In this document: piece after piece, positions 32,901 through 42,578 of the stretch
Layout: every line of letters starts with the position of its first letter
Numbering within the stretch: the first letter of the stretch is position 1
Source: Nostoc sp.
GTDB lineage: Bacteria > Cyanobacteriota > Cyanobacteriia > Cyanobacteriales > Nostocaceae
Length of the DNA stretch: 64,000 bases
NCBI GenBank assembly: GCA_036918135.1
Contig: JBALDB010000067.1
Location: 180,666-244,665, forward strand
Direction: 5' to 3'
The notes under the pieces: generated by a model
The model's input: the letters and a program-made list of their open reading frames with translations, nothing else
Database searches by the model: none
Told to the model about the DNA's origin: nothing
Translations under genes and position numbers: made by a program

Positions 32901-34584
32901 TGAAGAATTAATATTATTAGGAAAAACTATCCAAAATATTGTTTATTTATGGAGTATCGGTAATCTAGAAAATCGCCATACCGAGAATTATTTAGAATTC
33001 AAGAGTTTATTGTTGATAACGCAGAACTTTAGTAAGCTAAAAAATAGCCGGATAGAGGGTAGTAAGGTTAAGGGCGATCGCTTACAACTTTGGGTTATAT
33101 CAAACAACATTCAAGAAGTCAATGGTAATGAAAAACTAAACCCTCAAAAAGCAACAATATTAGGTTTATGTAAAGTTATTCCTCAGGAATATTCTAATAT
33201 TATCTGTCGATGTATTGATGTTGCCTTAACAAATCACCAAAGCTCTGAGGATAAATTTGGAAAAGAAGGAAATTATCACAGTAACATTATCGACCAACTT
33301 TTAAGCGAGTTCACAGCTCTATCATCAGACTTGGTAGTTGCTTATCGCGATTTATATCGTTGGGTACAAACATTTGAGCCAGTTCGCTTAGAGTCAAAAG
33401 TTGGAGAAAAAATACCGTTGAAAAAACACGGTATTTACCTGTTTTTTGGGGGATTAGAAAGTATTGAAATTACGCTTGCAGAATATTTAGCCAAATCTCT
33501 ACAAGCACAACTAATATTTATCGAGGATTTAGATTTTCCAGAAAAGGATAATTTCTCGCAATGGCTCGAAGCTCACATCGAAGAAGATGAAGTGAGTTGC
33601 AAAATCAAAAAATTATTAGTATTGGAGGAATTAGGTACAAAAGTTTTAGTAATGCGTGTAGATATAAGTAATTCTCAGCAAATTTACCAGAGTCTTACAC
33701 CTGAAAATATCGGTCAAATTGATGGGGTTATCTATTCGACTCGAATCAAGCGCGAAGATATATTTAGTTTGATTTCAGAAATTGGTAATTTAGAGTTAGA
33801 AAAGTTATTTGAGTCTCAAAATCGTCAGATTACTGTATTAGAAAAAGTCTTAGAAAACAGAAAATTAGATTTTTGTGTTGTCTTTTCTTCTTTATCTTCT
33901 ATTTTAGGAGGATTCGGATTAGGTTTATATTCAGCAGCTAATCATTTTATAGATACCTTTACTAACCAACATAACCGAACTCATTCTTGGCCGTGGTACA
34001 GTATAAATTGGGATAAATTACAGCTCAATCCCATCCAAGAGCAAAAAGTACTGCGAGGATCTGGGGTAGAATTAGCTATTACTCCAACAGAAACTATAGA
34101 AGTATTTAAACGAATATTTTCTTTAGATAAAGGAACTCAGGTTGTTGTTTCCACAGTAGATTTAAAAGCTAGGCGCGAGCGTACATTTGACATAGACTCT
34201 CTACCAGATTCAAAATCTTCCTCTCAAATAAACTCATCCTCACACTACTCTAGACCTAATCTTAGTAATTCTTATGTTGCTTCGACAAATGAGTTAGAAA
34301 AACAAATTACCCAAATATGGCAAGACGTACTTGGGATTGCAGAAATTGGTATTTACGACAACTTCTATGAGTTAGGAGGAGACTCCCTGATTGCAACTCA
34401 ACTAATTTCTCGATTGCGGGCAAACTTTCCAGTAGATTTACCCCTGCGTGACCTTTTATTACAAGCCATGATGCCTATCAAGCAGGCAGAAATGATTGAG
34501 CAACTTCTGGTAGAAAAAATTGAAGAATTATCTGAAGAAGAGGTAGAAATGCTTTTAGCTAATCATGCATATATTGATATATAG
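29911..34584 (+). CDS. Type I PKS 4: KS-AT(malonyl)-KR0(inactive)-ACP with acidic C-terminal docking helix
   Basis: STACSTS; GHSIG/HAFH. KR Rossmann motif is degenerate (FFGGLESIE), HAAG is replaced by YSTR, and the Lys is absent. GGDSL; C-terminal IEELSEEEVEMLL. Overlaps the PKS3 stop. Confidence 0.93.
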   Translation: MDSQQIHDSIKGIAVISIVGRFPEAKSVDEFWQHLCNGEETISSFNDEELKASGVDSATLNNPEYVKAGAHLSDIEMFDASFFDFSPKEAEIMDPQHRILLECAWEALETAGYAPGSEKELTGVYVGNFINDYWLSRLSVNPEIIESMGSLIELNNSHHYPATRISYKLNLKGPSINISTACSTSLVAVHLACQGLLNYECDLALAGGISIQSVQKQGYFYQEGGMTSPDGRCRAFDAKANGTIFSEGVGIVVLKRLEDALADGDCILAVIKGSAINNDGAAKVGYTAPSVGGQASVIAEAQAIAGFNPETITYIETHGTGTSLGDPIEISALKKVFESRTKKNGFCAIGSVKPNVGHPNIAAGVTSLIKTVMALKHGLIPPSLHFEHPNPEIDFANSPFYVNTKLLEWKTNGIPKRAGVSSFGIGGTNAHVILEEAPVIEASSSSRPWQLLVLSAKTSSALETLTAQLCTHLQQNPDILLPDIAHTLQVGRRAFDYRRFIVCDRQEDAIKLLNNQDPIGVFSHHRKPGHCPVIFMFSGQGAQYANMAEELYEIEPTFKKHVDACTLILQPYLGLDIRSLLYPKKKDTETASKQLQQTALTQPALFVIEYALAQLLMSWGVLPEAMIGHSIGEYVAATIAGVFSLEDALKIVAKRGELMQQLPSGSMLAIKLPEKDVQLLLESETLYKNYLQIAAINSPSSCVVSGTNEAVTRLQNQLSSQEVESRLLHTSHAFHSQMMSPILEAFIEAIKKVKLNPPRIRFISNVTGSWITDAQATNPNYWSQHLRQTVKFSDGISLLLKQFEGVFLEVGPGRTLSTITIQHLNINAKQQVLSSLRHVKDQQSDVNFLLQTLGRLWLFGVEIDWSGFYAHEQRHRLPLPTYPFERQRYWIDAKSPSPSLNSKSAKLDCKQDIADWFYVPSWKRSLLRNSSSAQIESTQDDWLFFLDELGIGEKLINALINQGKNVITVKQGEQFKKLSNGVYIINPYRCEDYNALFEELILLGKTIQNIVYLWSIGNLENRHTENYLEFKSLLLITQNFSKLKNSRIEGSKVKGDRLQLWVISNNIQEVNGNEKLNPQKATILGLCKVIPQEYSNIICRCIDVALTNHQSSEDKFGKEGNYHSNIIDQLLSEFTALSSDLVVAYRDLYRWVQTFEPVRLESKVGEKIPLKKHGIYLFFGGLESIEITLAEYLAKSLQAQLIFIEDLDFPEKDNFSQWLEAHIEEDEVSCKIKKLLVLEELGTKVLVMRVDISNSQQIYQSLTPENIGQIDGVIYSTRIKREDIFSLISEIGNLELEKLFESQNRQITVLEKVLENRKLDFCVVFSSLSSILGGFGLGLYSAANHFIDTFTNQHNRTHSWPWYSINWDKLQLNPIQEQKVLRGSGVELAITPTETIEVFKRIFSLDKGTQVVVSTVDLKARRERTFDIDSLPDSKSSSQINSSSHYSRPNLSNSYVASTNELEKQITQIWQDVLGIAEIGIYDNFYELGGDSLIATQLISRLRANFPVDLPLRDLLLQAMMPIKQAEMIEQLLVEKIEELSEEEVEMLLANHAYIDI

Positions 34585-34699
34585 AGACTTTAAAAAGTAA
34601 CGTAATTTTATTTTACTCATTATTAAAAACATTATTTAAACTATAAATTTGGCAAAAAAATAATTGTAAATATTTACTTATAAATAGGAAAAATTGTTT

Positions 34700-35467
34700 A
34701 TGTCTGTAGCAACTAATTCTCTTATATCTTCAGTTAGCAATCTTCCAAATTATGAACCAATTGCTCGCTTACAGAACGAATTCAAGAATAGAGATGAATT
34801 TATAGTAGACGGTGTAATACCTTTTTTAGAGCAAATATTATTTCCATATATTTCTAAAGAAGCGCGTATTCTCGACCTTGGTTGTGGTTGTGGACATTTA
34901 GTGCAACAGCTTCACCTGAAAGGGTATCAAATGACTGGAATTGATGCATCTGAAGGATTATTGCATTATGCTCGAACAAACGCACCTGAGAGTGAATTCA
35001 TCTTTGGTGATATACGCAACTTTGAGTTGCCACTTACCTTCAATGCTATTATTTCAATCGATGTTTTACTTTTCATTCTTAATAATGAAGACTTGACAGC
35101 TATCTTCCGAAATGTATATGCAGCACTAGAGAACAAGGGTCTGTTCGTGTTTTCGATACCATTAATAGAATTGATGCATAAGCAGACTGAAGAGGGTTCT
35201 TTCAATCATATCTATGTCAATGATGAATGTGCTTTTATTGAATTATTTAACTACAATCCGGAAAAAAAGATGTGGAAAATTGAAGTTACCGGATTTGAAT
35301 TAGTAGAAAAAACTTGGAAGCGTTCAGACACTACTTGGCTGAGAAAGGATCACTTATTCACAGATGTCCAATCGGCTTTAGAAAATGTGGGCTTCACAGA
35401 AATTAGTCATCTTGATGCTGGCGGGCTAGGAGGTAGCGCTTGCTTTGTTTGTCATAAACATGTCTAG
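34700..35467 (+). CDS. Class I SAM-dependent methyltransferase
   Basis: ILDLGCGCG motif I, GIDAS, FGDIR. ATG at 34700. Confidence 0.9.
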   Translation: MSVATNSLISSVSNLPNYEPIARLQNEFKNRDEFIVDGVIPFLEQILFPYISKEARILDLGCGCGHLVQQLHLKGYQMTGIDASEGLLHYARTNAPESEFIFGDIRNFELPLTFNAIISIDVLLFILNNEDLTAIFRNVYAALENKGLFVFSIPLIELMHKQTEEGSFNHIYVNDECAFIELFNYNPEKKMWKIEVTGFELVEKTWKRSDTTWLRKDHLFTDVQSALENVGFTEISHLDAGGLGGSACFVCHKHV

Positions 35468-35606
35468 TACGATAGTAAAATAACAGAGTTTTTGGTCTTC
35501 GTGGAAATCCCCTTTTCAACAATGAGATTACCGTAGTTTAATTATAATTATCTAGTTAAAAAAAGTAAGTGTTTGCAAGTTGTGATTCTTGAGATAACTT
35601 TTAATA

Positions 35607-38600
35607 ATGGATAAACAACACTCTAATTTATCACCAGCAAAAAAAGCTCTTTTAGAAAAATGGAAGGGAGGAAAATTTAAAGCTGATACTATTCCCAAAC
35701 GTCAAATCACTGAGAGTATTCCTTTATCTTTCTCTCAACAAAGACTATGGTTTATTGACCAACTTTATCATGGAAGTTCTTTTTATAATATTCCTATCGT
35801 TTTTCAAATCAAAGGACAGCTTAGTATCACAGCACTTGAGCAAAGTCTGAATAAAATTCTTCAGCGTCATGAAGTTTGGCGCACAACTTTTAAACTTGTA
35901 AATGGAGAGCCAATACAGGAGATTGTACCCCAATTAACTTGGGATTTACCCATTATAAATCTTGAGCATTTGTCTGGTAAAGATTGGGAAGGAGAAGTTA
36001 AACAACTTGTAGCCAAAGAAGCAACAAAACCGTTTAATTTAGCTAAAGGACTTTTAGTTAGAGCGATTTTACTTCGCTTAAGTGAAGAAGAACATGTTTT
36101 GCTTGTGACCATGCACCACATTATCACTGATGGATGGTCTTGCGGTGTGTTCCTGCGCGAGTTGTCAACGCTATACGCTGCTTTCTCGACAAATCAACCT
36201 TCCCCCTTACCCGAACTCCCGATTCAGTATGCAGATTTTACAATTTGGCAGCGCGATCGCATTCAAGGTAAATTTTTAGCAACCCAATTAAATTATTGGA
36301 AACAACAACTCAAAGGTGAACTACCTGTACTACAATTACCTACAGACTATCTACGACCTCATGTTACTACTTTTACTGGTGCTAAGCAATACTTTACATT
36401 CTCTAAAGCTCTGACTGATGCATTAAGACAATTAAGCCAGCAAGCAGATGCTACTTTATTTATGAGTTTGCTGGCTGCATTTAATATTTTACTATACCGC
36501 TACACAGACCAAGAAGATATCTTAATTGGTTCTCCAATTGCCAACCGCAACCGCACCGAATTAGAAGGAATGCTGGGATTATTTGTTAATACTTTGGTAT
36601 TACGTAATAACCTCAGTGGTAATCCTAGTTTTTACGAACTTTTACATCGAGTTCGTGAGGTGACTCTCGATGCTTATGCACATCAAGATTTACCTTTCGA
36701 GATGCTTGTAGAAGAATTACAACCCGAACGAGACTTAAGTCGAAATCCACTTTATGAAGTCATGTTTGTCCTGCAAAACAGTCCGGTATCTGTGCAGGAG
36801 GTTTCTGGTTTAACCTTGCGTACTTTAGACTTTGATAGCGGTACAGCTCAACTAGATATTTTCCTGTCGATGTTTGAATCCCAAGAGGGATTAACAGGAT
36901 GTTTGGAGTACAATACAAATATTTTTGATTCAACAACTATTAGCCAATTTATTTGTCATTTCCAGACTTTATTAGAAAGTATCATTGCTAATCCAGAGCA
37001 ACACATCTGTGAATTATCACTTTTAACTGCTTTTGATAGAGAACAATTATTATTTAAATTTAATCAAACTATTGCAGATTATCAAGATGTACCTTTGCAT
37101 CAATTATTTGAGCACCAAGTTGAACTAACACCTGACTTTTTGGCATTAATTCATCAGTCACAAGAACTAACTTATCGTCAACTTAACCACAGAGCTAATC
37201 AACTTGCACATTATTTAGAAAAACAGGGTGTAACAACAGAAACCCTGGTTGCTATATGTCTAGAACGTTCTCTAGATATGGTAGTGGGAATTTTAGCTGT
37301 CCTCAAAGCTGGCGGAGCCTATATTCCTCTCGATCCAAGTTATCCAGTTGAGCGTTTAAGTTTTATGCTCTCTGATTCTCAAGCATCGATATTAATTAGC
37401 CAACAGGAAATATTAGAAAAACTCTTATTATCTTCAGCTAAAACTGTTTGCTTGGATATCCATAAAGACAAAATTGCTCAAGAAAGTCAAGAAAATCCGA
37501 TTAGCAAATCACAAGCTGATAATCTTGCTTATATTATCTATACCTCTGGCTCAACTGGAACTCCTAAAGGCGTTCTTGGCACCCATCGCGGTACACTAAA
37601 CGGCTTACACTGGTTATGGAAAACTTATCCTTTCACTCCAGAAGAAGTTTGTTGTCAGAAAACAGCTATTAGTTTTGTAGACTCTGTATGGGAAATTTTT
37701 GCTCCTTTACTTCAAGGAATTCCTACAGTAATTATCAGCAATCAAACTCTACTAGACCCGCAGCTATTTATCGAAGCTTTGGCACATTATCAAGTTACCC
37801 GGATTATACTTGTACCCTCACTACTGCATTTATTTTTAGATAATTATCATTATTTAACTAAGAAATTATCACAATTAAAACTTTGGATAACTAGCGGGGA
37901 AGCACTATCTACTAACTTAGCTAAAACTTTTCGAGAATTGATGCCATTTGCAAAACTAATTAATCTTTACGGCTCATCGGAAGTTTCTGCCAACACTACT
38001 TACTACGATTCCAGTTTATTACAAGACCAAGCCAATAGTGTCCCTATCGGTCGTCCTATTGACAATACTCAAATCTATGTCTTAAATCGCCATTTACAAC
38101 TAACACCTGTAGGAGTTGTTGGAGAACTTTATGTTGGTGGTGACGGATTGGCAAGGGGTTATTTGCATCGTCCAGAATTGACTCAAGAAAGATTTATTGA
38201 TAACCCTTTTATTAAAGGAACTAAACTTTACAAAACAGGTGATTTAGCACGCTATCTCATAGATGGTAATTTAGAATATTTGGGTCGCCGTGATGAACAA
38301 GTAAAAATTCGAGGATTCCGAGTAGAATTAGGTGAAATTGCAACTGCGATCGCTCAACATCCAGATGTGCAAGAATCTGTTGTGATTGCCAGCAATGATA
38401 CTCAAGAAAATCAGCGTTTGATTGCCTATGTCGTCACAGATAAGCAGGATATAGCTGCACAACTATTGCCAGATTTGCAACAGAAGTTACCTAGTTATAT
38501 GTTACCATCTGCCTTTGTAGTATTAAATGCGCTCCCACTAACACCTAATGGCAAAGTAGATAAACGTTCTCTGACTATAAATCAAGTTATCCGACCCAAT

Positions 38601-39701
38601 ACTACGCAATCCTTCGTTGCTCCTCGTAATTTTACAGAATTATCATTAGTAAAACTTTGGGAAAAGCTTCTAGATACTAATCCTATCGGGGTAACAGATA
38701 ACTTCTTCGACTTGGGTGGTCATTCATTTTTAGCTGTACGCTTAATCGCTCAAATTCATGACAGATTTGAGCATAATCTTACTCTATCTACTCTTTTTGA
38801 AAACCCAACAATTGAAAAACTAGCAGCCATCGTTAGTCAGCCATCACGCTATAGTTCTAATTCTCCTTTAGTAGCAATTAACTCCAATGGTGACAAGATA
38901 CCTTTCTTCTGTATGCATGGTGCTGGGGGAGGCATTAATAACTACTTTATATTGTCTAGGAGACTTGGTGAGGACTATCCATTTTATGCCTTAGAACATA
39001 ACCCAGAGCAAGACCTACCTGAAATTATTTCAGTCGAGGAAACTGCAACTCGCTACCTCAAAGAAATTCGTCGAGTACAACCAAATGGCCCTTATCTTTT
39101 AGGTGGTCATTGTTACGGTGGTGTAATTGCTTTTGAAATGGCGCAGCAATTACAAAAGCAAGGTCAAACAGTAGGTTTATTAGTTATTATCGATACCATC
39201 CTATCAGAAATACGTATTGAATCTACAAAAGATGATGATGCAAAATTCTTACTCAGGATGGCAGAATCGATAAAAACCAACAACAATATAGATTTTTCAA
39301 TTCCTTTTGAGGAACTTCGAGTTTTATCACTAAATGAGCAATTTCATTTAGTAAATCAAAAAGCAAACTTTATCTTTAGTGATACAGAGGTTGAAGATTT
39401 TTTTCATTATTACAAACTTTTCAAAGCACATGTTCAAGCCATGCGAAATTATATTCCCCAAGTTTATTCTCAATCTATAACTCTGTTTCGAGCTAAGGAG
39501 GAGATTATTCATGACTTTGACAATCCAGAATGGAGTACTGATGACCCATTATTAGGCTGGGGTAAATATTATAGTCAACCTATTCAAGTAATTGAAGTTC
39601 CTGGCGATCATTTCTCGATATTCGTTGACCCTCATATTCAAGAATTAGCTAAACATCTGAGAAATTGTATCGATAATGCTGTGTGCAAACTAAATAGTTG
39701 A
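35607..39701 (+). CDS. Terminal NRPS: docking-C(LCL)-A(beta-Ala-type)-T-TE(Cys nucleophile)
   Basis: N-terminal LSPAKKALL; HHIITDGWS. A4 reads SFVDSVWE (shifted Asp), pocket VDWIISLANK, close to the beta-Ala code VDWVISLADK. GGHSF; TE GHCYG and GDH. Confidence 0.93.
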   Translation: MDKQHSNLSPAKKALLEKWKGGKFKADTIPKRQITESIPLSFSQQRLWFIDQLYHGSSFYNIPIVFQIKGQLSITALEQSLNKILQRHEVWRTTFKLVNGEPIQEIVPQLTWDLPIINLEHLSGKDWEGEVKQLVAKEATKPFNLAKGLLVRAILLRLSEEEHVLLVTMHHIITDGWSCGVFLRELSTLYAAFSTNQPSPLPELPIQYADFTIWQRDRIQGKFLATQLNYWKQQLKGELPVLQLPTDYLRPHVTTFTGAKQYFTFSKALTDALRQLSQQADATLFMSLLAAFNILLYRYTDQEDILIGSPIANRNRTELEGMLGLFVNTLVLRNNLSGNPSFYELLHRVREVTLDAYAHQDLPFEMLVEELQPERDLSRNPLYEVMFVLQNSPVSVQEVSGLTLRTLDFDSGTAQLDIFLSMFESQEGLTGCLEYNTNIFDSTTISQFICHFQTLLESIIANPEQHICELSLLTAFDREQLLFKFNQTIADYQDVPLHQLFEHQVELTPDFLALIHQSQELTYRQLNHRANQLAHYLEKQGVTTETLVAICLERSLDMVVGILAVLKAGGAYIPLDPSYPVERLSFMLSDSQASILISQQEILEKLLLSSAKTVCLDIHKDKIAQESQENPISKSQADNLAYIIYTSGSTGTPKGVLGTHRGTLNGLHWLWKTYPFTPEEVCCQKTAISFVDSVWEIFAPLLQGIPTVIISNQTLLDPQLFIEALAHYQVTRIILVPSLLHLFLDNYHYLTKKLSQLKLWITSGEALSTNLAKTFRELMPFAKLINLYGSSEVSANTTYYDSSLLQDQANSVPIGRPIDNTQIYVLNRHLQLTPVGVVGELYVGGDGLARGYLHRPELTQERFIDNPFIKGTKLYKTGDLARYLIDGNLEYLGRRDEQVKIRGFRVELGEIATAIAQHPDVQESVVIASNDTQENQRLIAYVVTDKQDIAAQLLPDLQQKLPSYMLPSAFVVLNALPLTPNGKVDKRSLTINQVIRPNTTQSFVAPRNFTELSLVKLWEKLLDTNPIGVTDNFFDLGGHSFLAVRLIAQIHDRFEHNLTLSTLFENPTIEKLAAIVSQPSRYSSNSPLVAINSNGDKIPFFCMHGAGGGINNYFILSRRLGEDYPFYALEHNPEQDLPEIISVEETATRYLKEIRRVQPNGPYLLGGHCYGGVIAFEMAQQLQKQGQTVGLLVIIDTILSEIRIESTKDDDAKFLLRMAESIKTNNNIDFSIPFEELRVLSLNEQFHLVNQKANFIFSDTEVEDFFHYYKLFKAHVQAMRNYIPQVYSQSITLFRAKEEIIHDFDNPEWSTDDPLLGWGKYYSQPIQVIEVPGDHFSIFVDPHIQELAKHLRNCIDNAVCKLNS

Positions 39702-41095
39702 TGGGAGTACAAAAGCTGATGAAATTACCCCCAGGGCCGAAAACTCCTTCTTGGTTGATAGGTCTGCAATTCGAGATCGATCCTTTTGGCTATATGGACG
39801 CTATTTCTAAACGTTATGGTGATATCGTCACTTTAATGTTTGGTTCTACACCAATTGTTTATATCAATAATCCCTTAGGAATAAAGGAAATTTTCACAAA
39901 TACCAAGGAAATTGCTGCTAGGGGTGAGTTGAACCAAGATTTCGCTTTGATGACAGGAAATCAAGGAGTTTTGCAACTTGATGGCTTAATTCATAAAAAT
40001 CGGCGTAAGCTGTTAATGCAATCTTTTCACGGAGCGCGAATGCAAGCTTGTGGGCGGCGTATTTGTGAACTCACAGAAAAGATGATGAATAAACAAGTGA
40101 TTGGAAAACCTTTTGTTGCCTACCCAACAATTGAAGATATCACCTTACGAGTGGGTATAGAAGTTGTAATGGGTTTGGATAAAGGTGAGCGCTGTGAGAA
40201 AATCAAACAATTATTTGTATATGCGCTCAGAATCGGACAGTCTCTTAGAGATAAGATTCTGGTGAATATTTTTGGACAACGGAATTTAGGTCAATGGAGT
40301 CCAGAGGGGTATCGTCTTCACTTGAGACGAGAACTTTTTCAATTGCTATCGGCTGAGGTTAAAGAACGGCGATTGCAAGCAGATTTTTCCCGCTCTGATA
40401 TGCTCTCGGATCTAATTTTTGCTTGTGATGAAACAGGCGAAACATTAAGTGATGAAGAGGTGCGTGACCTGTTATTATCGCCGATATTTGCGGCTGGTGA
40501 TGCTTCTGGAACTGCAATTACTTGGGCATTATATTGGATTCACCGTTTGAAAGATGTTCGCTCGCGCCTGCTATCAGAACTCGATAGCCTTGGTGAAAAT
40601 CCAGACCCGATGAGTATTGTCGCATTACCTTACCTAAATGCTGTTTGTAATGAAGCTTTGCGAATTTACCCGACTCAGTTGTTTGCATTTCCCAGGTTGG
40701 TAGAATCGACCGTTGAGGTCATGGGTTACCAGTTGAATCCTGGTACAATACTTATTGCAAATATTTATTCCACACACCAACGCGAAGATTTATACCCTGC
40801 TGCAAAAGAATTTAATCCAGAGCGCTTTTTAGAAAAACAATTTTCTCCCTATGAATTTTTGCCATTTGGCGGCGGTTCTCGTGTGTGTATCGGCGGAACT
40901 TTTGCCTTATTTGAAATGAAACTTATATTAGCAACTATTCTTTCACGTTATCAATTAGAGCTAGTTAGTAAGCGTCCAGAACGTCCCAAATATGGAGGTC
41001 TGATTTGTTACCCAGCTAGCGGCGTCAAGATGCTCATGCGTGGTCGGCGTCAACATCAAGAACAGTCGCAGACTTTCGCTGTCGGTTCAGTTTAA
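39701..41095 (+). CDS. Cytochrome P450 (CYP110-like cyanobacterial type)
   Basis: KLPPGP N-terminus, EALR, PERF, heme motif FGGGSRVCIG. Translationally coupled to the NRPS (TGATG). Confidence 0.93.
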   Translation: MGVQKLMKLPPGPKTPSWLIGLQFEIDPFGYMDAISKRYGDIVTLMFGSTPIVYINNPLGIKEIFTNTKEIAARGELNQDFALMTGNQGVLQLDGLIHKNRRKLLMQSFHGARMQACGRRICELTEKMMNKQVIGKPFVAYPTIEDITLRVGIEVVMGLDKGERCEKIKQLFVYALRIGQSLRDKILVNIFGQRNLGQWSPEGYRLHLRRELFQLLSAEVKERRLQADFSRSDMLSDLIFACDETGETLSDEEVRDLLLSPIFAAGDASGTAITWALYWIHRLKDVRSRLLSELDSLGENPDPMSIVALPYLNAVCNEALRIYPTQLFAFPRLVESTVEVMGYQLNPGTILIANIYSTHQREDLYPAAKEFNPERFLEKQFSPYEFLPFGGGSRVCIGGTFALFEMKLILATILSRYQLELVSKRPERPKYGGLICYPASGVKMLMRGRRQHQEQSQTFAVGSV

Positions 41096-41132
41096 CACCT
41101 ATCAAAAACTTAATTTTTATAAAAAAATACTA

Positions 41133-42515
41133 ATGAAACTACCAGATGGCCCAAAAACTTCTCCCCGATCGCTCGCTGATGAATTTAAGACCAATCCCCT
41201 TGGATTCATGGATGCTATGGGCGATCGCTATGGTGATATTTTCACTATTATGGCTGGTTCTACACCTTTAGTGATAGTCAGCAATCCAGAGGGGATAAAG
41301 CAGATTTTTACCAGTGCTAAAGAGATTACAGCTTCTGGTAAGTTGAACCAAGGCGGTGCGCCACTAGTGGGAAACAACGGGTTACTGATGCTTGACGGCT
41401 TGCGCCACAAACATCGCCGTCAGTTGTTGATGCCTCCTTTGCACGGAACTCGCATCAAAGTATATGGGCAACGCATCTGTCAAGTAACAGATCGAGTCAT
41501 CAACGATTTGGTGCTAGGGGAAACTTTTATTGCTTACTCTACTGTACAAAAAATTACCCTAGAGGTAATACTGCAAGCTTTGTTTGGTTTGTACGCAGGA
41601 GAGCGTTACGAACAATTTAAGCAAATACTTTCCAAGTTACTCATTTTTGCCCGGTCTCCCTGGCTGGGGTTATCTCTGGCTTATCCCTTTCTCCGAAAAG
41701 ATTTAGGGCGTTGGACTCCTTGGGGATATTGGCTTCATCTCCAACAACAATTTGACAAACTACTCTATGCTGAAATTAGCGAACGCCGAGCAAAAGTAGA
41801 TCCAACTCGCACCGATGTCCTCTCTGAACTACTCTTTGCTCGTGATGAAACAGGTCAACCAATGACCAACGAGGATATACGCGATTTGTTTCCCTCATTA
41901 CTATTAGGTGGTCAAGATGCCTCAGCCACCGCCATAACTTGGTCATTGTACTGGGTTCACCATTCAAAAGATGTCCGCGAACGATTGCTGGCAGAACTTG
42001 ATACTCTTGGTGAATCTCCAGATCCGATGGCTATTGCTGCGCTACCCTACCTCAGTGCTGTTTGTAATGAAGCACTGCGAATTTACCCAACTCAAGTAGT
42101 CACTTTTCCCAGATTAATAGAATCACCAATTGAAGTAATGGGCTATGAATTGAGTCCAGGTACAGTCATTAGAGGCTGTATTTATCTGACACATCAGCGT
42201 CAGGACTTATACCCACAACCACAGGAATTCAAACCAGAACGGTTTCTGGAGCGACAATACTCTCCCTATGAATTTCTACCATTCGGGGGCGGCGCTCGCC
42301 GCTGTCCGGGCGAGGTGTTAGCACTTTTTGAAATGAAGTTAGTTTTAGCAACAATTCTCTGTCGCTATCAACTAGCACTAGCTGATGAACAAAGAGCAGA
42401 AAAACCCAAGGCTATAGGTGTTAACTATCCCCCTGCGAGTGGCTTAAAAATGGTAATGCTTGGTAAACGCCAGCGCCCAGCAAAGCCACAGCAGTTCGTT
42501 GCTAATTCAGCATAA
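41133..42515 (+). CDS. Cytochrome P450, paralog of the preceding gene
   Basis: MKLPDGP start at 41133, EALR, PERF, FGGGARRCPG. Confidence 0.93.
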   Translation: MKLPDGPKTSPRSLADEFKTNPLGFMDAMGDRYGDIFTIMAGSTPLVIVSNPEGIKQIFTSAKEITASGKLNQGGAPLVGNNGLLMLDGLRHKHRRQLLMPPLHGTRIKVYGQRICQVTDRVINDLVLGETFIAYSTVQKITLEVILQALFGLYAGERYEQFKQILSKLLIFARSPWLGLSLAYPFLRKDLGRWTPWGYWLHLQQQFDKLLYAEISERRAKVDPTRTDVLSELLFARDETGQPMTNEDIRDLFPSLLLGGQDASATAITWSLYWVHHSKDVRERLLAELDTLGESPDPMAIAALPYLSAVCNEALRIYPTQVVTFPRLIESPIEVMGYELSPGTVIRGCIYLTHQRQDLYPQPQEFKPERFLERQYSPYEFLPFGGGARRCPGEVLALFEMKLVLATILCRYQLALADEQRAEKPKAIGVNYPPASGLKMVMLGKRQRPAKPQQFVANSA

Positions 42516-42578
42516 AATACGTTTCGTTTTGCAGTAAGTAGTTAGAATGTCAATCCTAAAAAATAGCAAATAAAAACC

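Noticed and set aside
41040..41132. Longer N-terminus for the second P450, and similar upstream TTG/GTG starts for MATE, SDR, globin, TEII, exbD and DUF3611
   Set aside because: Downstream ATGs match the family N-termini and/or have an RBS; the extensions overlap neighbours or are low-complexity.
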